The notes under the pieces are model-generated. The model saw only the letters and a program-made list of their open reading frames with translations. It was not told the DNA's origin and did not search any database. Shown one piece after another: positions 32,420 to 42,753 of a stretch of DNA of 54,633 nucleotides; within the stretch, counting starts at the first letter, position 1, and each line of letters starts with the position of its first letter. Origin of the DNA: Paramoeba atlantica (lineage: Eukaryota; Protista; Discosea); NCBI GenBank assembly GCA_977017575.1, contig CDRNVI010000064.1:1-54633 (forward strand), given 5' to 3'. The position numbers and the translations under genes are program-made.

Positions 32420-33913
32420 TATGAGACGCGTGAGTGCACCAGGAAGATAACGAAGATCGACGTCTCCTGTGAAATTGTTGCAGTATAGATTGATCTCTCC
32501 AATATAATCTGGTAAATGCCTCAAAATTAACGCTCCGGTAAATGCATTTTCGCTGACATCCAAGTCGTACAGTCCAGCGGGCAAATGGTCTAGACTCAAA
32601 CCTCCTGTAAACGTGTTATTCGTCGCTCTAAATGATTCAAGACCTTCAGGAAGTGTATTGAGTGTGAGAGGTCCATTAAATCGATTGTCTGAAAAATTAA
32701 CGTCCTCCAGTCCGTCTGTCACATATAAATACTCCAGATCTAATGTCCCTGTGAGGGAGTTCTCTTGAACTAAAAGACGTTCAAGAGTGCTTGGCAAATT
32801 GTTGAGGAGTAATTTCCCCGAAAATTTGTTGCATGAGGCATCAAATACTTCCATGTGACCCGGAAGTGAACGAAGGTCCAAGCCGAGCTCGGACTGATCG
32901 TCGGTTGAATAGATCATATGCGGAATTCTCGGCGAATGAAGAACTGTACAGCCTGTGAACTCGTTGGAACTTATATCTAAATCTATTAAACGTTTCGGCA
33001 AATCACACAAATTAATTTCGCCTGAAAAAGAATTTCCGCTTATTTGCAATATGTTTAGATCCGCTGGAAGGCTACCCAAATCTACGCCACCTTCAAAGTG
33101 GTTACTGTCCAGAATAATAACGCTCAACGTGGATGGAAAGTGAGAAAAGTTTATAGTACCAGAAAATTCATTGTAGCCAAGATCAAGGTGCTTGAGGTCA
33201 GGAGGCAAATTGCTTGAAATATCGGACCCAGAAAAGCAGTTTGCCGAGGCAGATACTCGTAAAACGGTTCTGGGAAGATACTCTAAATGCAATGGACCTG
33301 TAAATTCTCCGTTGAAGCCAAGTTCTAATTCAGCGTCAAAAGTTAGTTCCGTCACTTCTCCTTGCCCATTGCAAGCCACCCCTTCCCACTTACACGAAAG
33401 TGTGGCTACCGTCCAGGATGAATGCTTGTTCAATATTTCGGCAACAAGTCTTTCCAGTTCATATTCTTGGGGGAGAATGGTACCACGTATCTTTCCAGGA
33501 TGGCCCGATTGACGCTGAACATCACTGCTGCTTGGGGTGTCTATGTGCTGCTTCCGACGCTTTGTAGGAGGCGGCTGATCATCACGAGCTTGTAATATAC
33601 AAGACATGTGCAAAAGAAGAGAATGTCCAAAAGAAGAAAATGTATCAGAAAAGTAGCAGAAAGTTTACAAACAATAGCATTTTTTTCGTTTATATAAAAA
33701 TGCTAAAAATGCAATATCAAAAACGCTAAAATAGAGATGCTCACAAGGGAGACCCAAAGGTCAACTGAATGAAACACTTATGAAAATTGATGAAGAGAGG
33801 GATCGAATTGAACACTATTCAATTGTGCTCGAATGCCACAAAGGAAATACAGCAGAAAGGTCCAACATACATGTACATGCATGTTTCTGTATGTATTCCA
33901 TGTAATCGCTTTA

Positions 33914-35584
33914 TTACGTTGTATTATTAAAAGAAACACTGGCATGTGTAAGAGATTGTTTCTGCCGTAACCGGGAGTATTCCAACACCCATAGAAATTC
34001 CTGGTGGTAGTGCTCCACTACCCTTTGCGGGACTCTATCGGACATGAACTCAATTTTATACAGTTTGCGTTCGAAATCACTACTGTGGTGCCACAGTGGA
34101 CCCCATCCCATCCCCGAGAGCTCCCCAGAGTTTACCAGAAAGCGAAGGAATGCACGGTATTCATATTCGTCGAAACGGTCTACAGTCATGGGGTGAAGTA
34201 GAGTGTCTTGGTGCACGTGGAAAGGGGTATACTCGTCGAGGGCAGTAAATCGACGGTCTTTGGTACGTTCGCTGAATGCCAAAGCGTGCCGGTTGGGTTT
34301 TCTCCAGTACGTAGTACAGGCTAGAATCGAGTGATTCGGCAACTGTCCTTCCGCGATCTCCATGGTGAGTTTGTTCAAACCTCGCACAAAGGCAAGGCGG
34401 CTACATGGAATTCGCGGCATTTCCTTTACGTAAATGTCAATATCTGTACGATCTTCTTCAAAATTGGTAATGTTTCGAAGAAAATCCGGATGAGGATAAC
34501 GAAAATGACTGTCCATGGCCAGCAAGTTAATTCCGTCCACAATAATCAGCACCGGGCGATCCCGGATTGCCCGAATCTCATCCACTAGATATTTCGTTGC
34601 TATACTTTGCCTCTCAATGGAGCCTGGGGCACTTCCGTGACACCCCCATATACACAAATCATACAAGCACCGCACCGGGGACTCCCCTCGTTCCAGTGGT
34701 AAGTCCCGCGGAGTGACTTGAAGCACACACTGACGCAGCACACTCCCGTGCGCTCGAGCAAAGTACTGCAGCATCGGGCGTGAGGCATCCGGGATATCAA
34801 AAAACCCCGGAAGGGTGAGGCTAGGCCAGGCATACTCCCCATGCGACCACACCGCGGCGTCCGGAACGTACAGCGTCAGCACGTCATGGGCCCGGGCGTA
34901 ATGCGTGGCCTGGGCGAGCAACGCACTCTTCCCCACCCCCGTGGGACCGTCCAGCACAATCCCGGCGCGCCCCCCTCGGAGCATACGCGCCACCTCGGGT
35001 TTCCTCTGCGCCACCTTCTCGACGTACAGCCTCAGAGCGTGGGACTGCTTGCGGTAGAGAAACCCCCGGGGGTGGCCGGGGACGAACAGCTGAGCGAGTC
35101 TCCCCCCCACCCCCTCGGGGAAGTAACCCCGGAGGTCATCGTTGGAGATGCAGTACATGGTGTTAAGGTGATGGTGCGAGAGCTCCCGCGGAGGGATCTC
35201 CCGGGGGTGGTCGTACAATGGGGCCTCGTAGGTGAGACCCCCCGGGGGAGCAGCACGGGTACCGTCCTTGTGTGACGACGACACGGCGTGTCGTACAATC
35301 CCTTGGTGACGGTACATCATGGGGTGTCCCTCACACGCCTCCGTGTAGCTCTTTGGAGTTTCCATCCGTGCTGTGTTGGGATTATACCGGTGGAAAGGCT
35401 GGTAGGGGAGGTATTTGGAGGAGGCTCTCGCGACGGAGGTACGTAGAGGAAAGGAGATTTTCGCCTCGGCCCCTGTCGTGCTTGTGGCTTGTGTTGCTCT
35501 GGAGTACGCAAAGAGGGTACCGAAAGAGTGTGTAGCCGTCGTATGGACCGGGGGCTTGCACCCCACTGCGGTATATTTTGGCAT
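33914..35584 (-). CDS. DAP3: Mitoribosomal small-subunit protein mS29 (DAP3 family)
   Basis: GIVLDGPTGVGKSALLAQATHYA...LYVPDA..W P-loop, PVLIIVDGINL Walker B, and FDEYEYRAFL. The true start is uncertain. Confidence 0.8.
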   Translation of the reverse strand: MPKYTAVGCKPPVHTTATHSFGTLFAYSRATQATSTTGAEAKISFPLRTSVARASSKYLPYQPFHRYNPNTARMETPKSYTEACEGHPMMYRHQGIVRHAVSSSHKDGTRAAPPGGLTYEAPLYDHPREIPPRELSHHHLNTMYCISNDDLRGYFPEGVGGRLAQLFVPGHPRGFLYRKQSHALRLYVEKVAQRKPEVARMLRGGRAGIVLDGPTGVGKSALLAQATHYARAHDVLTLYVPDAAVWSHGEYAWPSLTLPGFFDIPDASRPMLQYFARAHGSVLRQCVLQVTPRDLPLERGESPVRCLYDLCIWGCHGSAPGSIERQSIATKYLVDEIRAIRDRPVLIIVDGINLLAMDSHFRYPHPDFLRNITNFEEDRTDIDIYVKEMPRIPCSRLAFVRGLNKLTMEIAEGQLPNHSILACTTYWRKPNRHALAFSERTKDRRFTALDEYTPFHVHQDTLLHPMTVDRFDEYEYRAFLRFLVNSGELSGMGWGPLWHHSSDFERKLYKIEFMSDRVPQRVVEHYHQEFLWVLEYSRLRQKQSLTHASVSFNNTT

Positions 35585-35800
35585 TGAAATGTGATACTTA
35601 CGGTAATAGGGTAATATGCTTTTAAAGGATGTTTTCGCCTTCTATGTAAATTGTTTATCTCTTTACATTCATACCCTCTTTATAAGCTTGGACCGTTTAG
35701 ATCGGAAAAGGTATAAAATAAAAGGGGGGAGATTCCAAAAGTTTTATCCTTCGTAAAAGCGCACAGCTGTGTTCTTCAACAAGCTACAGGGGAGAGATTA

Positions 35801-35861
35801 AGTTGTGTCAACAAAAGTCGTGTTAATCCCGGAAATTAACACGACTTTTGATGACACAACT
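35801..35861. repeat. 27-bp-arm hairpin (1 mismatch, 7-nt loop)
   Basis: agttgtgtcaacaaaagtcgtgttaat-cccggaa-attaacacgacttttgatgacacaact. Confidence 0.85.
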
Positions 35862-36151
35862 GCAACTTGCTCTCCAATCCCCCCAAATTAGAGTTCCGGG
35901 TACGTCTCTACTTCGTCGATTAATCAACGAATCCTATGAGAAGATCTCAGTTCCCCACGAGGCGCATAACAGAATCTACCCCTTTTCTACACTTTTTTAT
36001 TGTTAGAACACGATTTCTTCTGCGTCATAGTCGTACAAGTCACCAAATTCATAAAAGAAGCAATTTTTTCGAAAAAACCTACGAAATTTTGTACTTTGAA
36101 AATTCAAGTTTGGTCAAAGGGAACCGGTTTTGCGCCAAAAAAAAATATCTA

Positions 36152-36737
36152 AAGGGGGGGCTCGTTTATTGTTAACAATTTTTTCGAGCATTTTTTGCTA
36201 ACAATAATCGAATGTTAACAATAATCGAACTTTTACCCCCCAATGTTAACATTGTACGAGCTGCAATGAGAGTTCGAATATTGTTAACAATGAGGAGTAT
36301 TTGGGCACTCTCTGGAGGTCGCTGAAGGTCACTGGCAATCGCCGGAGCTACTAACGACTTTCCAATGACACCTCTTTAGGGAACTACGCAGTTTTCAATT
36401 GCCATACAGTTTCATCCAAAACGGAGTTATGCGAATCGAAGTGCGATGTCGGGTGAGGTACCGTTTACTTGCCTTCTCGACGTTTTATCTCTGGAGGCTG
36501 CCATCGTCGAGCGACTGAAAGTCTGTTGTTTGAATAACATTGTTTCGCATATCGTTAAGCGCATCATTTTCCTTATCATGAGCGCTATAAAACATGACCA
36601 TAAGGAACAAAAAAATTCATAAGCCACACGAAAAAACCGAAATTAATTCATTGTTAACAATAATCGAATGTTAACAATAAATGAATTTATTGATTGTTAA
36701 CAATAATCGAATGTGAACAATAAACGAGCCCCCCCTT
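36152..36737. mobile_element. 586-bp TA-flanked MITE with TTGTTAACAA subterminal repeats, nested in a decayed Tc1-type element ending at ~37251
   Basis: TA|aagggggggctcgtttattgt ... acaataaacgagccccccctt|TA. The outer 25-bp inverted block aaagggaaccggttttgcgccaaaa is at ~36115 and ~37065-37088. Confidence 0.8.
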
Positions 36738-37358
36738 TAAAAAATTGCCAAGAAGTCTTACTTTTTCTTCTTCTTTTCTCATCGCTAATTGAATGTTCTA
36801 CTTTACTCATGGCTCAAGGCTTTTAGCACACTCTACACGTTGGTATACAAGCTTGTGGTCCAATAGCCATTGAATAATGTCCCTTTCGCTTATCGCTGCC
36901 AAGACTGTGTATGACCAGTTGTCGGTACAAGAAAAATCAGTGCAATGCCGGCAATTTATGTCCAAAGTAGCCAAAAAGGTGGAAAAGTATCAGATAAACT
37001 GATGTATTTGCTTCAAAATGACTCTTTAGAATAATTATGACTCTTTTTCGAAAAAATATATCTTTTGGCGCAAAACCGGTTCCCTTTCACCTCAAGTTTT
37101 TTTAGAATATTTTACAAACTTTAAAAATGCGGGAAACGCATTATCACATGATAAGTAACTTTGCGAGAGCTCTCGAATGCGGTTCTACTTTCCAAAAATT
37201 TAACGAATTTTTCATTTTTTAGACCCTCCCCATATTTTCGTTCACCCCCCTGTATAAAAAAGTTATTGCGAGGGTTGTATAACTACCGCTCTACACTCGA
37301 TTATTGAAAAAAAAGTGAACAAAAACAGTGAAAATATAAAGAGAAACACAGTAATATA

Positions 37359-37619
37359 CTGTGACCTCCACCTTTATACTTCGCTGGTCAGACCCCCCCT
37401 TTATACTTCGTTTTTTGTGTGCCCCCCCGAAGGGGGGACGATTTTTTTAAAATTTTCGTATTTTTTCAAAATTTTTAGAAAAAAACAAGAACGTTCAAAT
37501 TCTTCCCTTCTAGAAATGGAAGGTGATATAAAAAGAAAGACAGCGGGGAAAAAATTTAGCCCCCCCCTCTATACTTCGTTACTGCTCAAAATGGGCGAAG
37601 TATAAAGGAGGTGTCACAG
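37359..37619. mobile_element. 261-bp TA-flanked MITE (CTGT termini)
   Basis: TA|ctgtgacctccacctttatacttcg ... cgaagtataaaggaggtgtcacag|TA. Empty site at ~26505. Confidence 0.85.
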
Positions 37620-37624
37620 TAATA

Positions 37625-37928
37625 AACCATGTTCCAGGATAGTATACCTAGTAGGTATACTAAGTGGGTACGGTAAACTAAGTGGGTACGGTATACTAAA
37701 TTTTGTCTAAAAAGCAAAAAAAAATTTTTGCGTCGCTTCGCGGCGCGTTCCTTATCTGTAATTGCTAGAACAATGGTGTTTTGACCTTAAAATGCGATTT
37801 CTTACCGTGTGATTGTTAGAAAAGTTGCTCTGTCGCTTCTAAAAAAGGGACTTCTCCCGCTCCTGTTGTTGGGAGGGGGGGGGTAGGTGTACTAAGTGGG
37901 CATGGGTATGCTATCCTGGAACATGGTT
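37625..37928. mobile_element. 304-bp TA-flanked MITE (AACC termini)
   Basis: TA|aaccatgttccaggatag ... ctatcctggaacatggtt|TA. Empty site at ~26508. Confidence 0.85.
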
Positions 37929-38996
37929 TAGAAGAAAAAAATATAAAAGGGGGCTCCGGTGGTCCAAAATTGAAAAACAAAATTGAAAAAAATGGGGGGT
38001 CCATTGGGGGGGTCCAGGGGGGGGTCATGGTCGAGCAAATTTTTTTGAAAAAAAAATTTTCCGAAAAAAACTCTCAGAAGGGGTAGCCGGGGTCTTGGCG
38101 CGTATTTTCCACCCCACCGTATTTTCCACCCTACCTGGGGGTGACCCCCCCTCGTATGCGCAGGACGGGTCCGCCAAGTTCGGATTTTTTCGGAATTTGT
38201 TTTTGAAAAAAAATTCAACTTGGCGAAAAAAATGGCAAAAAAAACATTTTTTCAAAATCCTTTGCCCTATTGTATTTTGATAGTTTGGGACGTATACTAG
38301 GTTTCCGCACCGTTGTTTTCACAAGATATCCCTTCTTGGATCCGTGGTAGGCCTCCCAAAATGACCCATTTTTGACTAAAAAAGGGTGGAAAAGTATTTT
38401 TCGGACCCCAAGGGGCCTTTTTGTGTCGAAAGAACGGTGTGGTTGGAGTCGCATTCTCTACCCAATACTTTGGGTAGGCGTTGCTTCATCCCTACGCGTC
38501 ATTTCCCACACGCAAATATCAAATTTGGGACCTAAACTACCTTTCTACGACGTTGTTTTCGCAAAGTATTCATTCTTCGAGCCGTGGCATGCTCCCCAAA
38601 ATGACCAATTTTTGACTAAAAAACGTGAAAAAGTATTTTTCGGACCCAAAGGGCCTTTTTGTGTCGAAAGAATGGTGTGGTTGAAGTCGTATTCTCTACC
38701 CAATACGTTCGGCAGGCTTTCATTCATGCCTACGAGTGATTTCCCACGCGCAAATGTCGGATTTCGTGCTCTGAGAGCAAAAATACCCAAAAATGACCCC
38801 ATTTTTTCCCGAAAATCGGCTATTTTTGGCTACAATCTTTCCGTTTTCCAGGCTAAATTTTCTTTTTTAGGCTCTTCGTTAAACGCGGCGGTAGTTTTCA
38901 ACTCGAAGCGCGCAGCATGAGTGACTTCTAAGTTGAAAACAACCACCGCGTTTAACGAAGAGCCTAAAAAAGAAAATACGGGGAATTCACTGCATA

Positions 38997-39452
38997 CCGT
39001 CACCCCCCCCTCACTTGTCCTCCTAGGTGACATATCCTCTTTTTACGATCGATGAGAGGATATGTCACCTAGTACCAAGACCCCACGTAGATCATAACTC
39101 TATGGAGCATTATTCGTTTGTTTTCCTTACTATTTATCGCGTTTTTTCACTTCTATGATTTTTACTGGTGATATTTTTAACCCCTACTGGTAATTTTTGC
39201 TGGTAAACACTTTTTTATTCAAACAACTTACCATACCTGTGACCTCGTATGTACCATACCGGGCGGGGGGGTATGCCAAACCGGACCCCCGTTTAACTCA
39301 TTCTTTAGTATAGCAGGCCGAGAGTAACTAATAGAAAAAATATTCACACTCGAAGTCGGTACTAGGTGACTTGTCCTCCTAGGTGACATATCCGCTTTTG
39401 GCCGTTTTTTTCCACTTTTGCAAGGATATGTGAGGGGCCGGGAGGGTGACGG
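38997..39452. mobile_element. 456-bp TA-flanked MITE
   Basis: TA|ccgtcacccc ... gggagggtgacgg|TA with internal CTAGGTGACATATCC repeats. Confidence 0.7.
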
Positions 39453-39743
39453 TACATTGTAGTAATACTACAATACTACATTATGGAGCGTGACCATTGT
39501 TCAGTTGCTGCAGGACTCCGCATGTGGCTAGCAGTTCAAAGTCAGGCTAAGCCATCCCACCGACTCATTTTATATGACCGCTTGATTCGTGTTTTGCGGG
39601 TAGAGCACGTGATTATAGGAATACTATCTCCGCTGATAGAGTGGTTGTCAATGCACATTCGAAATATCCGAAACCTACGGGAGATTTGTCTCCCCCTTTT
39701 GTGCTAATTGTCAGGCGACGTAAGCGGCAACTCCTAATACAAA

Positions 39744-40367
39744 GTGATCGATGAGGTGAATAAATGGTGTTGTGGTGACCATCAAAACGATGAAGTAGAA
39801 ACTATCTGTCTATATAACGACAAAAGCCCTTTTCAATCATTTTGGTCGGATCTTGTGACCCGACATACGTTTCCCCTTCTGTCACACGTTGCTCGAAAAT
39901 TGTCGGTCGCAGTTACTTCTGAAGCAGCCTGTGAGCGCATATTTAGCTCAGTAGGCTTTGTGCACTCTGATCTTCGCTCAAGACTGAAGCCTGAACTTGT
40001 TGAGGCTGAAACTGCCATTCGATGTCGTGTAAAGCAACCTGTAGACGTCACAAATTGTGATGTGAGCAATTCTTCTACTATTTCTGAAGAACAGCCAGCT
40101 TCTATTGACAATTGCCGCTTTGAAGACTTTATCAGTCACGATATGCTATCTACGAACGAGTTGCTTCTTGTAGAGTCACTCTTTGACGCTGGAGACCTCT
40201 GCGGAAGAATTCAAAATAAAACAAACCGATACCGAGTTGTGCACCGAAATACGAGATACTTCGGTAAGCAGAAAAACCATTACCTTCAACAAGGCCTACT
40301 CTCCCCGATCCGAGCACCCAGATTGCACAGATTTCCCACCCGAATTTCACAAAAAGTCGACCTCTAA
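39744..40367 (+). pseudogene. hAT transposase C-terminal dimerisation-domain remnant
   Basis: FW...FPLLSHVARKL...SEAACERIFSSVG...RSRLKPELVE. Confidence 0.85.
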
Positions 40368-40419
40368 AAATATAGGTACATAAAGCTTTAAAGGTAGTAT
40401 AGGTACTTTATAGTAACTA

Positions 40420-40732
40420 AACCACTGTTCGGGTTAATATTCCTATACCCTTGTATTATTCCTACCAGGAATATTAAGTGTCCCAATGGTGCTTAATATT
40501 CCTACCCCCCCTCTCCCCGACACCTACCCTGTCTTTCCCCGAGATCCACAAAAATCATCCTTCAATATTCCCTTTTTTTGATGATTTTTTCATCAAAATA
40601 GTAAGCCCAACGCGCACACAGTCCCTAATGAGCCAAAAACCTTTTCTGCTATTTTTTTAATATTCCTATACCTCTTAATATTCCTATACCCTCTTAATAT
40701 TCCTACCAGGAATATTAACCCGGACAGTGGTT
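40420..40732. mobile_element. 313-bp TA-flanked MITE (AACC termini) with AATATTCCTA repeats
   Basis: TA|aaccactgttcgggttaatattcct ... aggaatattaacccggacagtggtt|TA. Confidence 0.85.
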
Positions 40733-40754
40733 TATATTTATTTTTTCTAGTATA

Positions 40755-42696
40755 CAGTAACTAACAAAAGTGTTGAAATGTTTTCACAAATTTTAATGTT
40801 TTTATATTTTACAAAAGAGATGCAGAGGATAATGAAGTAGTATATTACAGTAGTGTAGGCTGGAGTAGTGCTTACATTCCCACGTACTTAGACTTCAACG
40901 ATCTTACTATAAAAAACTATGAAAGATATAATGCGAGCCCAACACTTGAACACTTTTTTCACTTTTTTGAGATTTTTTTTTTGACCAAAACTTTGCCTTA
41001 CTTCACCCTTACCAAACCAAAATGACCAAAACTTAATACTTCGTAAGTCCCCCCTTCGCCCTAATTACTGCCCTCAAACGACGGGGCATGCTACGGACAA
41101 GAGGAAGACATGCACTCGGAGGAAGGCCTGCCCACGCTTTTTGGGCGCGTTCCCAAAGTTCCAACATTCCTACGGGAGGATCTGGATGATCCGCAGTTGA
41201 CTTTTTGAGCTCGCCCCATAGGTGCTCTATGGGATTTAAATCGGGAGACTGCGGGGGCCAGTCTAGGGCACACAATTCTTGTAAACGAAGGAATTCCCGG
41301 GCCTTCTTACTCGTGTGCTTTGGATCATTATCTTGTTGGAAGATGATCCGGTCCTTCATGACTTCCAACTTGTGGAGGGAAGGAGACAAATTCTGTTGAA
41401 GTATTTGAACGTACTGTTCAGCATTCATGTTGCCATGAACCAGAGCAATGGAGCCCACGCCGTGAGCCATCATACACCCCCATACCATGATGGATCCCCC
41501 ACCGTACTTCACGGTGCTGTGTGTATTTCGCTCTGAAAGTGCTTCCCCAAGGCTCACCCACGCCCACCGGCTGCCATTCGACTCGAAACGGCAGATCTTA
41601 CTTTCATCAGTGAAAAGCACACGGCTCCAGTCGGCATTCGTCCAATGCTCGTACTTCTTTGCAAAAGCAAGACGTAGAGCTTTGTGACGCTTCGTAAGGT
41701 GGGGGTTCCGTAATTTCTTCTTCCCCTTCAAACCACGCTTCCGAAGGGAAACCCGAATGGTTTGGGGTGAAACATCTGCAACCCCCTCATCTCTCAACCG
41801 TTTACTGGTCGCGACTGCATCCTTAGTTGCACCGCTGGTGATGAGGCGGCGGACGCGATTGGAGCATGTCTCTGTAAGCTTGCGAGGGCGACCTGTTTTC
41901 GGTTTGTTAACTAAGTTGGGTAGGTACTTTTTCTTAATGTTACTTACATTTCCTACGCTCAATTGTAGATCTGACGATACCTTCCGAATTGATAATCCGT
42001 TCTTTAGTTTTCCTATAACAAGCCTACGTAAATCACTGGGTGTACTGCGCATAGTGCAATGAAACGCAAAGTAAATAAAGAAAATCTTACTCCATTTACT
42101 ATACTTTTTATGCGCAGTACACCCAGTGATCTACGTAGGCTTGTTATAGAAAAACTCGTTTACAAGAATTGTGTGTCCTAGACTGGCCCCCGTAGTCTCC
42201 CGATTTAAATCCCATAGAGCACCTATGGGGCGGGCTCAAAAAGTCAACTGCGGATCATCCAGATCCTCCCGTAGGAATGTTGGAACTTTGGGAACGCGCC
42301 CAAAAAGCGTGGGCAGGCCTTCCTCCGAGTGCATGTCTTCCTCTTCTCCGTAGCATGCCCCGTCGTTTGAGGGCAGTAATTAGGGCGAAGGGGGGACTTA
42401 CGAAGTATTAAGTTTTGGTCATTTTGGTTTGGTAAGGGTGAAGTAAGGCAAAGTTTTGGTCAAAAAAAATAATAATCTCAAAAAAGTGAAAAAAGTGTTC
42501 AAGTGTTGGGCTCGCATTATATCTTTCATAGTTTTTTATAGTAAGATCGTTGATGAAGTCTAAGTACGTGGGAATGTAAGCACTACTCCAGCCTACACTA
42601 CTGTAATATACTACTTCATTATCCTCTGCATCTCTTTTGTAAAATATAAAAACATTAAAATTTGTGAAAACATTTCAACACTTTTGTTAGTTACCG
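40755..42696 (-). mobile_element. Tc1 element with ~535-bp foldback arms
   Basis: 40755-41288 is inverted at 42156-42696; TA flanks at both ends. Confidence 0.9.
41033..42052 (-). CDS. Intact Tc1 transposase (DD34E)
   Basis: Bipartite HTH, GRPRKL, VLFTDESK, FQQDNDPKH and WPPQSPDLNPIEHLW, with 34 residues between the second D and E. Confidence 0.95.
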   Translation of the reverse strand: MRSTPSDLRRLVIGKLKNGLSIRKVSSDLQLSVGNVSNIKKKYLPNLVNKPKTGRPRKLTETCSNRVRRLITSGATKDAVATSKRLRDEGVADVSPQTIRVSLRKRGLKGKKKLRNPHLTKRHKALRLAFAKKYEHWTNADWSRVLFTDESKICRFESNGSRWAWVSLGEALSERNTHSTVKYGGGSIMVWGCMMAHGVGSIALVHGNMNAEQYVQILQQNLSPSLHKLEVMKDRIIFQQDNDPKHTSKKAREFLRLQELCALDWPPQSPDLNPIEHLWGELKKSTADHPDPPVGMLELWERAQKAWAGLPPSACLPLVRSMPRRLRAVIRAKGGLTKY

Positions 42697-42753
42697 TATA
42701 TTTCTTTTTCTAGTATTAAAATTCTTTTATAATAATTCTTTGTCTAGTATATA

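Larger units (their letters stand above)
31259..33613 (-). pseudogene. Single long LRR gene (~568 aa reconstructed) split by a 643-bp insertion
   Basis: Joining 33613-32420 (398 codons) to 31771-31259 (171 codons) restores ...YLPGALTRL-I-LGDNNLSGSLDL in frame. Confidence 0.85.
37270..38965. repeat. Second copy of the host repeat, with two MITE insertions, a ~239-bp internal tandem duplication and a terminal hairpin
   Basis: Colinear with 26420-28221. Duplication units start at ~38288 and ~38527. Confidence 0.85.
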
